Source of the DNA: Tricharina praecox
Taxonomy: Eukaryota
Direction: 5' to 3'
Assembly: GCF_024521635.1 (NCBI RefSeq)
Contig: NW_026250403.1
Location: 1,922,001-1,986,000, forward strand
DNA: 64,000 bases
Positions 1 through 14,604 of this stretch are shown piece after piece (the stretch's first letter is position 1; each line of letters starts with the position of its first letter). The notes beneath the pieces are model-generated. The model searched no databases, had not been told where the DNA came from, and saw only the letters and a list, made by a program, of their open reading frames with translations. A program made the position numbers and the translations under genes.

Positions 1-3000
1 GGTAAGTTAACCCATTACGGCCACATTTAGTGCTTCCGACCGGCTCGCTGGAACTTCCCGCTCCCATTAGTTAGATGCTGTTTCTGCATGGGTGGGAATA
101 CCTAATAGCTATACCTCTACTAGTAGAAAACACTCGGAGTAATAAATAAATGTTCCTCGGGGACTCATACTTGCTTGCAGATGTAGAACAGTTGGCAACG
201 AATGAGCATCCCGAACTCGAAAGGAAAAAATATCTCCATATGTACATACGGGCAGTCCGAATCAACCCCCAATCCCAATCCCAGCACACGCTGTGATTTC
301 ATCCAATAATGATCTGTGGATTGGTTCCCTTTCCCTTTGCCCCTCCCCTCCCCGGGCTTCAGAATGATCGAGAGATAGAAGAAGAGAAGCCCTAATGAAT
401 TTCCTTGACAAATTGAAACTTTTTTAATGTGGGAAGGAAATATCACACCCCTCCGACTCCCAGCATGGAGTAGGCAGAGTACCGTAGACCCCCCCCCCCC
501 CCCCCCCCCCCCGCCTAAACCATCAAAGCGTCGTTCTAGAAGAACCCAAACCACCACACATAACCCCCCCTCACACCCCTTCATCTCCTAACCTAACCCT
601 ACCCAAGTAACCGGGGCTTGTGTGCAGAGTACTCTAGTTATCTATCTAACAACAACATAGGTACAGATACCTGTTATAGCTCTCGCAGCCACCGAAAAGC
701 CACCGAGACACCCCGTCTTCCGGGTAGTAGGGTAGTAGGGTGTCCAGAGATTTTTCTAAATGGGATATCGGATCTAATACTCGATGGAGAAGAGAGCTTC
801 GACTAAAGGTATCTACTGGCGGGAATATCCATTTCATCACCCCATCATATCCTCCATACCCCTTGAGTCCCCCTAGAGGTCATGATGCAGAATACTCATG
901 GGGGAGATGGGGGAGGGCGAGGATCTGCCATCCCAAAGATGTCATTCGTATCTCCCACGATTCCGTGCAGACTTGGCAGGAAAGGTGTCTACCGTAGGAT
1001 GTATGTAGTTATCCGACTCCTTCTTGCCCCCCTTGAACGGGCACTGCAAGTCTGTTACTGAGACTCTTACTGCTGCTCGGGCTGGGCAAAAGCTCCTGCA
1101 GGAGTTAGACGGAATCAATGACCCTGGTATGGTAACTGGGGTTTGCGGAATACATACCTAGGTGCAGCTTACTTGCTTCAACCTGCCTCTCGCCGGTGGT
1201 GGTCATTCCTGTGCAGATTCATCCATAGTAGAGTACCCAGGTAGGACGGGTAGGCCGGGCAGCTACATGGAGTATGCAGGATCTCGCACTGCCCCGGCGT
1301 TCTGTGGCCTATCCACCGGAGCGCAAATCTTGATCGACGGAAGGGATACAGACGGGTTGATTGGATCCTGCGCTGCAAGGCTAGCTTGGGAGTTTGATGT
1401 TGCAGGTGGTGGTGGGGGGGGGGGGGAGCTACGACCTGTGATGTAGTAGGAGCTTCTGGAGAGAAAATCCTGGACAACTCAGATCAACCAGCTTGATACT
1501 AGACAGGGCGGAGAAGCTGGATGCTTTGCGTAGGCCCTACATCACTGCTGGAACACGTCCCCGATGATGGCGAGGGGCTCATACGTACCTACGCAGGAAA
1601 GAACGGCTAGATGGATGAGCGTGTGGTTATGATACCTGCTTTACATGAATAGCAATGTTCATGGCCGATCATGATTTCAACTCAATCCCAGAACTTGTCT
1701 TGTCTCGTCTTGTCTTGTCTGCCTGCCAATTGCCAACTGCCTCTCACACTGGTTCAACTTCAGGCTCCAATTTCTATACGAAACATAGCCACAGCGTGAT
1801 GTAAACCGGAGGCGTCTAAGATGAGCAAAGGCTTGTCAGTGCTGCTCACCCTCATGAAATTCAGACAACGTTGGATCCTGATCAAGGCCAAATCTAAACA
1901 TGACCGATTCACGGCAAAGATAGCACACACCTCCGTGATGCGGTTCCTCCCCTCCCCACGTCCGAGCCGTTTCCTGTTTCTTCCATGGGAAACCCCCGTC
2001 GGAACGAGGAGGGATTCGGTGTCCTAGTCGGCATGACTCGATGCCCCTCGTCAGATATCATCCAGGAGGAGGTAAGCGATATCACATCGACGATTCTGCT
2101 GCTGTCGTTCGAATTCATCTCATCAACCCAGTCAGTTGATTGCCACCCAAAACGCACGGTTCGCTCCCACACGACGAACTTGTTCGCACTTTCCCTTTCT
2201 CTTTCCATTTCACTTTTACCCCATCTCCCCCCCTCCCCATCTCTCTCCCATGCACCAGGAGTACGGAAGTTGTAGATATCAATCCAACAGAGATCGTGAT
2301 CCAAGCCGTAACAGCTGGAACAATTGAAACATCCAGGTATCACACACTCGGCTGATCCCAGTTGGGCTTCCCCCCGTACGGGCCGCTTGGGGGCCCAAAC
2401 ATTTTCTCATCCCCTCCTCCTCCATCTCACCCTCGCCTTCTCCTCGGCGTGGCATGGCATATCAGGGCCATGGGGGGTATGGGTATGGGGTATTGGGGGA
2501 AGCGCCTTGTTGCGTTCTTCGAGCTCCGTAGCTTGTGTGGCGGTGTTGGAGAGTGTGTGCAGACGCGCGGACTTGCGGTGTCTACCTAGGCCGGCCAAGG
2601 TGGGAGACAGTCTCTTGACTGATACCGCCACTCTCGACAGGCCACGCCACATGAAGACTCCAGCCGGCCCGCCTACGCTTGCGTGGAGAGGTCTCCCTCC
2701 CGCGGGAGGGCGGCGGCGGGGGGTGGTGAATAGTAGTATGTAGTAGTGGCGGGCGGCCCATGTGGGGGAACTGGTGGGGGCGCGGGGGGGAGAAGGTTCC
2801 TCGGCGATATCGGGCACCAATAGTACTTGACTCCCATCGAGCATCAGCTGGCCGATGGGGTTAACTTGAACACAGGTTTAAGGTCGGAGCTGTTTAGTGA
2901 GGTGAAGGTACATACCTAATGTATGTAGGAGATTTGGTGATACTACCTAAACGGAGATATACCACCGAGTGTGGGAGATGATGATAAACCTCGACGAGAC

Positions 3001-6000
3001 GCGGCAAGAGAGACAAGGCTATTCCAGCCCACCCGCCCACGCGGCGTTGCTCGATTGCCCTTCCCGCACCGCCAACCCCAGCCCTACGAAGCGTCGAATC
3101 TCTAGACCCCGGAATATCGAGCCTATCGCAGCCGTAGACCAGCAGGTGTATTCTGGTGGAATGACACTCGGCTGCGCTTTCTCAGCTGAAAGGTCGTCTC
3201 CGCATTGGGGGGTCGGGGGATGGAGGGGGGAGGATAAGTGGAAGAATAGTTACTTGGACGGGTACTGCAACCCGCGCAGTTGACTCAACCACCGCGTTGC
3301 ATCGGCAATCACCTCCTACCATTTACCCTTTCCCCGGTTCACCTCAATGGCACATGCCGAAATCGCGTCCCTGGAATCCAACACACATATCCCCCCTCCC
3401 CGATCCCATCTGGTATCGTATCGCATCGTCCGACGAGAAGAAGGGGGAAGTCCCGACGCGAAACGCGTACGATATGTCCCCCATGTATGTACCGAAAGAC
3501 AGAAACCGACTTTCGGCTGACGGTACATCTCCCGCTGACTAGAGAGGTCGCCAGCGAACACCCAGCTCCTTAGTCTTGCGGGGTGTCTCAGTGCTCTAGT
3601 TCCGTCCTTTGAGCTTGTACCACCATCACCGCGAATCCCGTTCCTCCCGGCCGGCAATGCTCACCAACATGGGGGGAGGCAAGCGAAAGACATGAGGGCG
3701 GGCCGAAGGACCTTATGAAGTACTTACACACGTACATTACCGCCATCCCACTAACTATTACCTGATAACGTGTTTTCGTGCTCCATCGTGGGTGCGGGCG
3801 GGGGCCCTGCTGAATCTCTCCCCGTAGGTATCCGCACCCGGCTGAGCTTGACGGCACCGCGCTGCGCCTAACTTAAGTGCTGTTAGATACCTGTTCTTGC
3901 TTTGCTCTACCCGAAAACATATGTCTGTGCCCCTAACAGAGTACCTACATACCATGCCAACCCACACGCCTGGACTTTCCAGTAAACGATGGCCGCCTCT
4001 GCTGAAGGAGGGAGGGCTACTGGCTGGAAGTTGCAGCTCGGTTGGAGATCTCCAGTAGCTGGCCAATACAAGCTTCTACTATGCCCTCCACTTTGCCTGC
4101 CTAGCCATCATGTAGGTCTCGGCCGGGGGGACATCCTCTCCACTGCGGCTGGCCATGACTGGCGGGCTGGCTGGTGATGCACCCCGGAACAGAGTCACCT
4201 TGCACCACTCAGCTCAGCAAGTGAGAATCCTCAAACTTGCAAGCTCGCTCACAAGCAGAGCTGATCATGGAGGTGTGCGTGCGAGTCCAACGTGCAACGC
4301 GCAACGTCTGGTCCCTCGGTCATCAATCGCCTGGGTGGGCTAATTTCCGCTGTCCGCCCCCGTACATGCCCGCTTAGCGGCGCCCTCGAGACCTCCCCCC
4401 TCTCCCCCTCTGCCTTCTTGCCCCCCCTTCTGCCTTCCTACCCCCGCCGTAACGCTAAGACGGAGAGGGAGCGGAGGCTATCATGAGTACTTGCGCCCCG
4501 CCGGGCTTGCGCCTAGTCTTGAGCCTTGCTTTCTTTGCACTCGCGCTCAACCTGGGTAGCTATGAGTGGAAGTTGGCCCCAACCACAGTTTAGCACGGCT
4601 AGATTAGACGAGAGCCCCCTCCTACTATTCTATTCTAACTATGCACCCCCCCTTCTGCCCTCCTGTAGGGCAGCCCTGCCAGCCCAGTTTCTATCTCGCA
4701 TGCAACACAAAAAAAAAGGAAAGGAAAGTCAAGACAGGGCGGGGCTGGCATCGAAAGACACACCTGACAAATGGATGAGTCGTGCGGTTCTTGCTGTGCC
4801 GCATCGCACAGCTATGCATAGATATAGTACTAGCTTTCATCCATTACGGTCCCCTCCCTTCCTTTCTCGCGTGGAACGGGGAACGGACGGACGAACGGGA
4901 TGGATGAACAACCGAAATTGTCATTTGGATGGCTTGGCCCGCCGTATGGACACAAATTTGTTCCTTCCCCGACGCGCGGATGTTTATCTCATTGGGCCCT
5001 CTATCCGCGCCATGGGTCGAGCGAGTGAGGATAGATGATCTGCGCTCACCGGCCCGCGGGAGCGCTCCCAACTTTAACCTCCCCTTGTCGAGTAGCCGAG
5101 GGGAGGAAGAGTAAAGCAAAAGTGGCGAAAGGAGGTGGCAAACAAAAGATGACTCTTTCTGATTTGGTCTCTATCAAAGGTGGCGATAGAAAAAAACCCG
5201 TGCTTAAACATCATGATACATCACTCCACTCGGAGCGCGGGTTCCAGATTCCGGGTTCTCCGGTATCGCCTGGCCTGGTGGCGAGGGGGCCTTGGGAGGG
5301 ATTAATTTGCGAGAGAGATGTAATGATAGGATGGCTGTATGATCGGGCCACGAATACGGCTCCCGTTCGATATGCCCAACCAACGACGACGGACGAATAA
5401 AAGACGCAGCAGTGGCGTGAGCTTACCAGTGGGCCAAATACGATATGCATACCTCGGCATCACGACCTCATCGCCGAATTGACCCATTTGCTTTCGATGG
5501 CGATGAAACTTCAGTGACGTGAGGGAGGGGGAGAGGGAGTGACGCGTCATCAACCACCGATTCTCAGGGAGGGAAACATTCCGGCCCCCATGGGAAAAAT
5601 GTTTACAGTAGGGCAGTAGGATAGACAGACTCAAAACTTTAACCCCTACCTCCTGAGTCTGACACATCCGGTGCTCTAAGGGGTAGGTATCGATCAATCT
5701 CTACAGACGTTCTCCACCGTTAACCCAGCATTTGCTTTAGCACTACGGATTCCAGCGGAAGAAAAATGCTTCCATGGCCATTCAGGTACCTATGATAGGG
5801 GAAGGGCACCGTAGACGTCCGTCTGTCCGTCAGCCTGCTCTGTTTGGAAGACATGGAGTACTATAGCCCTTGGCATCAAATCTTCCAATTCCGGGCCCCG
5901 AAAAAAGCGGGATTCGGTAAATCTTCAGAATATTCTACCAGTCTTCTGCCGAGGCCTTGTCCCTACAACTCTCATTACCTAGAGACTTACATTCCCAGTA

Positions 6001-7838
6001 TTCGTAGTCGCATTCGTTCTTGTCCATAGAGCTGACATCGCCGTCTGGTCTACACTGGCCCTTCCATCCAGTTCCGGCACTCGTTCTCCCTATCTCAACG
6101 ATGCAGGCAGGAGCCCGAACTCAGAGTCTAGAACGGACAATCCTGGAGGAATCCGGAAAACTCGAACCCCGATCATCGGCCCTGGGGTGATACGAATCTC
6201 CGAAAGCCGGACTGGAATGTTCCCGACATCGGGTATTTCACCGAACGGCCCAATCGCTACCGCCAGGTAGAACGGCTGTGTGCCATCCAAAAGCTTTATC
6301 CCGTACAAGCAAGCAAGCAAGCCCCCAGGTATCCAGCCTCTAGGTGGAATCGAACGTATGCGGCTATGGACTTGATAACTACCGGTGCGAGTGAGTGAGT
6401 CGAATCCAATCGCCGGCAGGCGGGTGGATCCCCCCCCCCCCCCCTCCCCGGGTGATTGGCGTGCAGAGAGAGAGAGAGAGAGTTCGAACCCGAGTATGTA
6501 AGTAGAATTGCGCCAATGGAAGCGGACTACTATCTGGGGCTGGGTCTGAGTCTAGCTAGCCGCTTCGTGGGTCGGTCGGAATATAGTAGTCAGCGTCGCA
6601 GCCGGCAAACAATGCCGTGAGCGAGTGAGCGTCTGTGGAAGTCGCGCCTGAGCGTTCGCTATCATACGTATTACGAGCTCTCAATCGTGAATTGAACTCG
6701 CAGCGTCACGCTGTGTCTATCCCATAGCCCCTTCCGAGCGAGCTCCACCAGCCACCCACTCACCGGCTCGATCCCCGAATGGGAAATCCAGAGGGAGTCC
6801 CCGCGTGATTCATGAGGGGTTTCAAGCGGAGGTGAATCGCGAAAGTTCACTATCGCGCCCACCATTGCGCCTACTGGCCAGTGAGAGGGGAGGTTTAGTA
6901 GTAGCTAGAACACTCTCGCCTCCACACGTCGTACCTTCTCCCGGGGTCCCGGATGAGAACCATGACCGTGACTCCCTCACCAGGAAGCACTCGCAGCCCT
7001 GATGGCTGACCGCTGACCGCTGGCCGCTGGCGGTCCTTGAAAATACTTATCTCTTTCGCCCACATCCACATTACTCCGGTCACGATCGTCCGATGATTAG
7101 CGACGGTATTTAGCGATGGATGGATGTAATTCAATCCGGTCATTTCCGGGTGCTACTCGATGTCTCCACCTGACCTGGCTCGTTGGTGCGGCCTCACTCT
7201 CACCTAGGTACATAACCAACGAACTGCCTGGCAGAGTCCTGTGGAATTCACCTTTGTACCTATTCATGCGAGATGTTTGATGCTGTGTATTGTCGTGCCT
7301 GTAACTATGTAGTATCTACTGTTATATCATTTCATCGCCAAAGCGTATTGACGATGATCACACACGTTCCAAGTCCAGTTTCGTTCAATCTACCTATGTC
7401 TTCATGACTGCTGCCTTTTTCTTCTCGGCGAGAACGTAGGCGTTAATGTGGGTTGGATGGCATGGAAGGACCTTGAAGCTGAATCATTGACTTGCACTTT
7501 CTTTCTCACCCGCTCAAGACGTAGACACAGACACAAACACACGATAAACCTTCACTTCATACTGAGATTTGAAGTATACTCGAAAACCCCCACAACCACC
7601 ACCTTGCATTCATTCCCACTCTCATCCTCAGTAATCTGCAAAACAATGACACCCTAAATATCGCATGAACACAAGAAAAAAAAGTAGGCAAAGACTTAGA
7701 AGTACACTCAAACCAAACCAGCTGCAATTGCAAGCCAAAAATCAAGAAAGAAAGAAAGAAAAAAAGAACACCCCCATATTCATTGTACACATCCAATCCA
7801 TGCTATTTGCTCGCCCGTGCAGAATTAATCTACTCAAC

Positions 7839-10800
7839 CTATTGCCCCTGTTGGCCTCCAGCTACCGGCGGCGGCGGCCCACCAACACTGCTTCTCGCCC
7901 TTTTTCCTTCTCCCAGTCCATCGTCACCCCCGTCGACATGATCCCGTGGCCGCTTGCTGCCTGGTGGAACAAACTGTCGAGCGCCCGGGTTCATTCCGCC
8001 GCGAGTGGGACTACCAGCTCCCTGGCCTGGATGCTGCTGGCCAACGGTTGTCTGGACCTGCTGGCCACCTCTACCCCTTCCAAACGAGCCCCTGCCCCCC
8101 CGAGGAATAGCGCCACCCCTTCCGATCTGTGACGGTGCGCCCGCGAATGGATTCTGAGTGGGGATGGTCCCGACAAATGGGTTTTGTATCGCTTGCTGCT
8201 GCTGATGCTGCTGATGCTGCTGCTGCGATTGCATAGGTGGTGATCCTGCACCGCCGGGTTGAGGAATTCCGCCACGTCCACGGCCCGCCACTGCACCACC
8301 ACGGGGGATACCCGAGCTCAGTGCCCCGCGAAGCTGTCGAAGTGCTCCCGGGCCAGTTCCGAGGCTCTCGCTGCGGCGCTGGTTCGTAGGAGGAACAGAG
8401 GATATCGCCTGCTCTGCGGCTGCGATCGCAGCCTGTTGGGCCGCCTGGAGGTTCTGCGCCGACGCGGGGGCAGGTGTTGGAGGAGCTGAGGTTGGCTGAG
8501 GTTGCTGTTTCTGTTGCTGTTGCTGTTGCGGCTGCGGCTGTGGTGTGGCTGGAGCTTCGCTAGTGGCGGCCTTGAGTTTATCCTCCAACAGTTTGTTTTT
8601 CCGCTCCAGCATGTTGATCTGAACCTTGCTCCTCATGACGCCCTCCTGACGGATAGCATCCTTCGCTTTCTCCATATCGGCCTTCATCGAAGCCTCCTTG
8701 GCCTCCATCTCCGCCTTGAGCGCCGCCTCCTTCTCCTTCAGCTCTTCCTCTAGCTTCTCTGTTCTCTCCTTAAGCGCGGTCTGCACCTTCTCCTCGACTA
8801 GAGATGCCTGCTGACTCTCGACGCTGGACAGCCATCTCTCCTTCTCCTTGTTGACCCGGTGCTCAACATTCCGCGCAATAATCGCCTTCAACTTCTCCTT
8901 CTCCTTGTCGCGGGTGGCGGCTGCTTCCGGCGTCACTTCGGCTGCGTCGATGTTTTGCTGGATAGCCATAAGCTCGGCTTGGATCTCCATCCGCAGGGAC
9001 TCTTTTGCCTCCTCGAATCGTTCGCTCTCGGAAGCCTGAAGAGCAACAATGGTAGACTGGTGCTCAGTGTCCTTAGCAGCCAATGCAGCACTGATGTCCT
9101 CTCCTCCATCGCTTGTAGCAGGTCTTGACTCGAGCTCGGCGATCGTGGACTTGAGTTGCTTAAGCTCGATCTTCAGTGCGGAGATTTCCGATTCGAGCTC
9201 TGAAATCCGTTTCTGCGACTCCTCATGCTTGACCTTATATTTCGCCTCGCAGTCCTCCACGGCTTTCTTGACAGCGGCCGCCTTATAGTCCTGAAATTTG
9301 AGCTGTGCAGTCTTAATTCGTTCCTCAATAATTCTTTCCCTCTCGACGAATTTCGCGTTCATACGGGCTTCGATTGCTTCGGCAGACTCAACCGGCACGA
9401 CCTCAGTGACACCATGACCGTTGACCTCGGAGCTCTTGGTAGCTAACTGCTCGACCAACTCCTGCTCCCTCGCCCTCGTGGCCTCGTGCTCGATCTTGAT
9501 AGCCTCAAGCTCGGACTTCAGCGCCTCGATTTCGGCAGTGGCGGCTTGCTTCTCGGCATCCATACGGGCTGGGAGTTCTTCTTCGATACGGAATGGTAGA
9601 ACTTCTTCAACGCGTGCATTGACCCTGGCTTCAATCGACTCGGCAGATTCGACCGATGCGGAAGTAAAGATCCCGGTAGCGTCGTTAGTCTCAGGCTGAG
9701 CGCTCTTTGCAGCGGTCAGCTGTAGAGTCAACTCCTCCTCTCTTGCCAGGACCGCCTCGAGCTCCGTCTTGACACTCTCGAGCTCCGTCCTGAGAGTCTG
9801 GACCTCGTTGATGACCTGTTGCTTCTCTAGTTTGGTTTGGTTCTGTAGATATAATTAGCATGCATTCCCCAAGTGCAATCCGAAAAACCTACCAGCTCTC
9901 TGTAAAATTGCGCCGCCTTGGTCCGATGGTTGTTAGACTGAGCCTCGGCATTCGTCGCCTTCTCCTCCAAAGCCTTCACCTCACCCTCCAACCTCTCCTT
10001 CTCTTGGCGAATCATCTGCAACTCCTCTCCACCCATTGCAGTGGCCTGCTGTCCCGCCTTGTTCGCCTCCTCAAGCTGCTGTCGCAACACCTCAACCTCT
10101 TGCGTGAGCTCCTGCTGTCTGGTGCGCATAGTGGTGATCCTTCCGTTCGCATCGTCCTTAAGCTTCGCCATCTTCCCGCGCCACTGTGTAGCCTGATCCT
10201 GAAGCTGCGACTCCTTCTCGGATTCGGTGGTCTGGAACTTCTGCTGCAGCTCATCGCGTTCCGCCTCAAGCGAAGCGGCCTTCTGTTTAAGCTCCTCGAG
10301 TTCGGCGGGGTCGACACGGTCGTATTTCTGAAGGATTTGTTGGGTTCTCGCCTTCCACCTCTCGTTGTCCTCGTTCAGCAATGCCATCTGCGCATCCTTA
10401 ACCTCCTTCTCGGCCTCTAGTTCACGGACAGCCTGTTCGAGCGGTTGAATCTTTGCCTCGAGCTCTTCGATTTTGTGGGAGAGTTCGACGACCTTCTTGC
10501 CCTTCTTCTCACCCTCAAACCGGAGAGCACTGTTACTCTCCCTGAGTAGGTTGAGCTCCGAAATCTTCTCCATAATCTCCTTGTGTTCGTTCATGCCACG
10601 GAGTTGGTCGGACTGCTTTTGTTGCTCGGAAGAAAGTTGGACTCTTGTATCGTCAAGCTGGCTGCGCGTGTAATCGAGCTGCTGCTTGAGGCGTTTGGTT
10701 TCCTGGAGAGCTAGCTCGTACTGAACGTCGACGATTTCTTTCTCTTGTCTCAGGTACCTGACGACCTCGCGAAGATCTTCCATACTCTTGTCCAGAGGCT

Positions 10801-13800
10801 GACCCTCGGGGGAGACCTCCAAAGCTTCGTCGGTGTATGCGCGTTCTTTCTTCAACTCCAACATTTGCTCGTTGACAGTCTCGAATTGGCCGTGGAGAAT
10901 CCTGTTCTGCTTGACCAGGTCGTCGCATCGGGCCCGGACTTCGCTAAGTTCCTTCTCATAGTTCTCACGCTGTGACGACCATGAGCTCTCATTAACCGTG
11001 AGCGCCGCCTTGGCGGATTCAGCCTCGGTCCTGAAGACATTGACTTCATCCTTGAGCTCGGCGTACTCGGTGCGGAGTTGCTGGACAGTTCGGGCAGCAT
11101 CAGCATGCTTGACAAGCTCGCGCTCGTAGTTCTGCTGAGCCTCTTGAGCGATGCTGGCTTGACGACGGAGGTCATCCTGGTGATATTGAGCAGCTGATGT
11201 AGTCTTCTCGAGATCCTCCTGGAGGTTGTGAAGCTGGGATTGCAGGATTGATTTCTCGTTCTCAAACTGCTGAAGCTTATCATGCTCGGACTTGCGAATC
11301 TCAGAAAGCTCTTGGTTAACGGAAGAAAGTTCGGTGGACATGTCATCAACGCGTTGCTCCAAGTCCTTGATAGTTGCCTCACGATTGTCAATCTCCAGAT
11401 CCATGCTCTCCTTGAACTGGTCGTAAGAATTCTGGAGCTCCTCAAGCTGCTCCTCGTTTGCCAGCGATATGGATTTGAACCGCTCAGCCTGTTCGGTCAT
11501 GTCCTCCAGTTCACGGCCCTTGAGCTCAAGCTGCCTGTGAAGATTTGCAGCCTCAAGTCTCAACTCCTCCACAATAGAATCATCGTCATCTTCGGTGGTT
11601 TCAGGTGCCGAAGGCTTCTCTTGATAGACTGCAAGCTTCTCTTCGGTAATCTTGAGGTCGAGGGTAAGCTCGTTGACACGAGCCTGGAGGTGGTCCCGAC
11701 TGGTCTTCGCGGCGACAAGTTCTTCCTTCGCAGTGGCATAATTGGCGTTAAGTTCGTCATACCGTCTCTGGGCCTCACTCTGCTCCTTCTCCTTGCGGAT
11801 GAGATTCTTCCTGGTCTGCTCGATCTCCTCGCTAAGTCGTCGTTTGGTCGCCGTAAGTTCGGTCTCAAGTCTCTCGGTCTGCGAAACCAATCTCCTTCTC
11901 GCCTCAGAGTCGTTCCTCTCGTGTTCGCTCTGAATTGACTGCAGGTTTGCGATAAGCCCATTGAGCCGGGCACGTTCCTGGGTGAGGGATTCGTTCTCCT
12001 GCTGCAACCGTTGTTCGATGGTCTTCCAAAGACCCTTCTCCGCCTTGAGGTTACTGTTCTCGTTGCGAAGGCCTTCCAGGAAGGAGTTCTTCTCGACGAT
12101 CTCTTCCAGGGTCTGCTGAGTCTTAAGGTCTTGCTTGGCCTGGGCCTCGTGCATTTGAGTCAGGCGCTTCTGAAGCTCCTGGTTTTCGGTCTTCATCATG
12201 CTGAAGTTGCCATTGAGCATCTCATACCGTTCTGTACCAAGTTAGCTCTAAACGATCAAGACATGCAAGGATCGTTAACTTACCAGAGGCCATCTCGAGC
12301 TGAGAGTTGATTCTCGCCGCTTGAATTTCCAATTCACTCTTCTCCGCCGCCAACCGTCTGTTCTGTTCGGATATGGTGTTCTGGTTCTCCATAGACTCGG
12401 TCTTAAACTGATCGTACTGACTCTGTAGATTTCTGAGAGCCTCGGCTAGATTCTGTTGCATTTCGGCGAACATAGGACCGGCATTGGATTGCGAAAACGC
12501 AGGCGCAGGAGACATCGGTTGGCCGTCTTGTGTCAACTCTCCCTTGTTCTGAAGCATCCGCCTGAACATATCGCGCTCGCGAACAAAGGTCTGGGACTTC
12601 AAGATCATGCTCTTCAACTCATCCTGGAGACGCTGGAGATCACCCTGCAGACGGATAATTTCCTGGTTGTCGGAAGTTTGCTTGTCCTGGAGTCGGTCCT
12701 GTTCGTCCCTCTCCATTTTGGCTCCCAATTCGCGGATCGCCTTCATAAGATTGGCGTTCTGTTCCTGCATTTCTTGAACGTTGCGGAACACGACTAGTCG
12801 TTGGGATATGAGAGCATCAGTGTCGTTTTGACCTTCGATTCGGACATTGCCACTAACGACCTCCTCGTAGATTCTGTTCTGCTGGGCCGAAAGTTGATCA
12901 ACACCAGCGTCGCGTCGCTCGATCTCCACTGTAAGGATTTGAATTTGAAGGCTGAGATCGCGGAGTTGCTGTCGTAGAATGTTGGCCTCCCGCTCGTAAT
13001 CGGCAATCCTGCCACCTTGCTTCCGTGCCTCTTTCTTTGCTTGATCCCGCTCCTTGGAGGAAACCTCGAGGAGTTTGCTCATCTCCAAGAGATCCTTCTC
13101 CATCCGTGCATGTTCGTCCCTCAATTCCTGGACCTCGGGGCCTCTCTCCTCCATGTCACGCATGAGCTCCGCCACCCCAGCCTCCAGCCTGGCGTTTCGC
13201 CTCTTCTCGGTCTCATACTTAGCTTTCATGCTATTGTAGTCTGCGTAGAGTTGAGTGACCGACATGCCCTGCTTGGATAGTCGACTGGCTGCCGGAGAGA
13301 ACATCGGGCTTCCAGGCGTTTTGCTACCCATTGCGGATCCAGGCCGACGAAGAGGAGTAGATGCGCCGTTGATGCTTCCCTGAGGAGACATGGCACCACC
13401 GAAAGCGCCCATAGAGGTGGCAGCTTGCAGTTCCGACTCGAGTCGGTCGACTTCAGCCTCCAATTCAGCCACCTTACCTTCGGCAGCTTCCCTGTCGGCA
13501 CGTTCCGTCTCGACGACTGAGTTTGCTTGTCCGATTTCGATGTTGAAGCGCTCCATCTCCTGCTCCATAATCCTCTCGACTTCAGTAACCCTGCCTCTGG
13601 CGGTGTTCATGGCCTTCTCATAAAGCTCAGCCAGTCGCTTTTGGGCGTTGAACTCTTGCTTGAAGGCTTCCTCCTGAGCCGCGGCACTGCTCTGCAAATT
13701 CTTGATCTTGGCCAGTCGGTCCTCAGCCTTCCTGCTGACTTCCTCGTAACGTTCCTTCAGACTATCCAATGACCTCTTGAGCATATCAACATTGCTCAAG

Positions 13801-14604
13801 GCCTCTTCTAGCTCCGAATTGATCCTCGAAATTTGCGCAACCTTTTCTTTCCGGAATTTCTGGTGTTCTCCGGTCTTCGTCTTGAGCTCAGCGTCCAGCC
13901 ATTCGTTGTTCTTCTTGACCATTTCGAGTTCCTGCTCTAGACTCTGCGCGCGGAACTTGGCGTTCGACTGAGCCGACTCAGCCTGCTGCAGTTTCGTCTC
14001 CATCGCACCAAGTTCTCGTCGGATGGCTATACTCTTGTGTTGCGACGCCGTGTACTCCTCCTGCAGTTTGTCGTAGTCGTTACACTTTCGATCGAGGGCC
14101 TCGAGGGTATCGCGTTTATCCGACTCGAGTGTCTGCACGCGAACCTTTAACGTCCGCGTCGCATCGTCCACACTGGTTTGTGAGGTCTTGAATCTCGCCA
14201 ACTCATCCTCCAACTTCGCCCTCGCGGTTTCTATTTCACACCTCGTCAGCCCATCAAATACCCCCACTATCAGTCGATCAGAGAGAAAACTCACCACTAT
14301 CTCCGGCCCGCTTCCTGAGCTCCTGCGTCTCTTTTAGCGCTTCATCGAGCTGCCCCTTCATGCTCTTCACTCTAGAATCCGCAGTCCGCACAGACTGCTC
14401 TAGCTCCACCTCGATACGTAGTTTGTCGGCGCGCAGTTCATCGAAGTCGTTCGCCTTGGCGGCAATCGATCGTAGAATCGATACAACATACTCCTCGGTG
14501 ATTGTGGAGACCAGAGAGGCTATGTCGGAGTCGGGGATCGAGAGAAATGTCGCTATCCGGTGGTGGTCTATGCCGCCGGCGGTTTGAACGTCGGCGGACG
14601 CCAT
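7839..14604 (-). CDS. MLP1: Nuclear basket coiled-coil nucleoporin Mlp1/TPR homolog; 4 exons (14604-14295, 14230-12284, 12231-9893, 9842-7839)
   Basis: Four coiled-coil ORFs join in frame across GT-AG introns 14231-14294, 12232-12283 and 9843-9892. Mlp/TPR motifs include AQEAQQNYERELVKHA, LREVVRYLRQEKEIV, LNLLRESNSALR and WKARTQQILQKYDRVDP. The tail is disordered and RGG/Q-rich. Confidence 0.92.

Noticed and set aside
586-604. CCCTAACCTAACCCTACCC telomere-like motif
   Set aside because: Only about three imperfect units; not an array.
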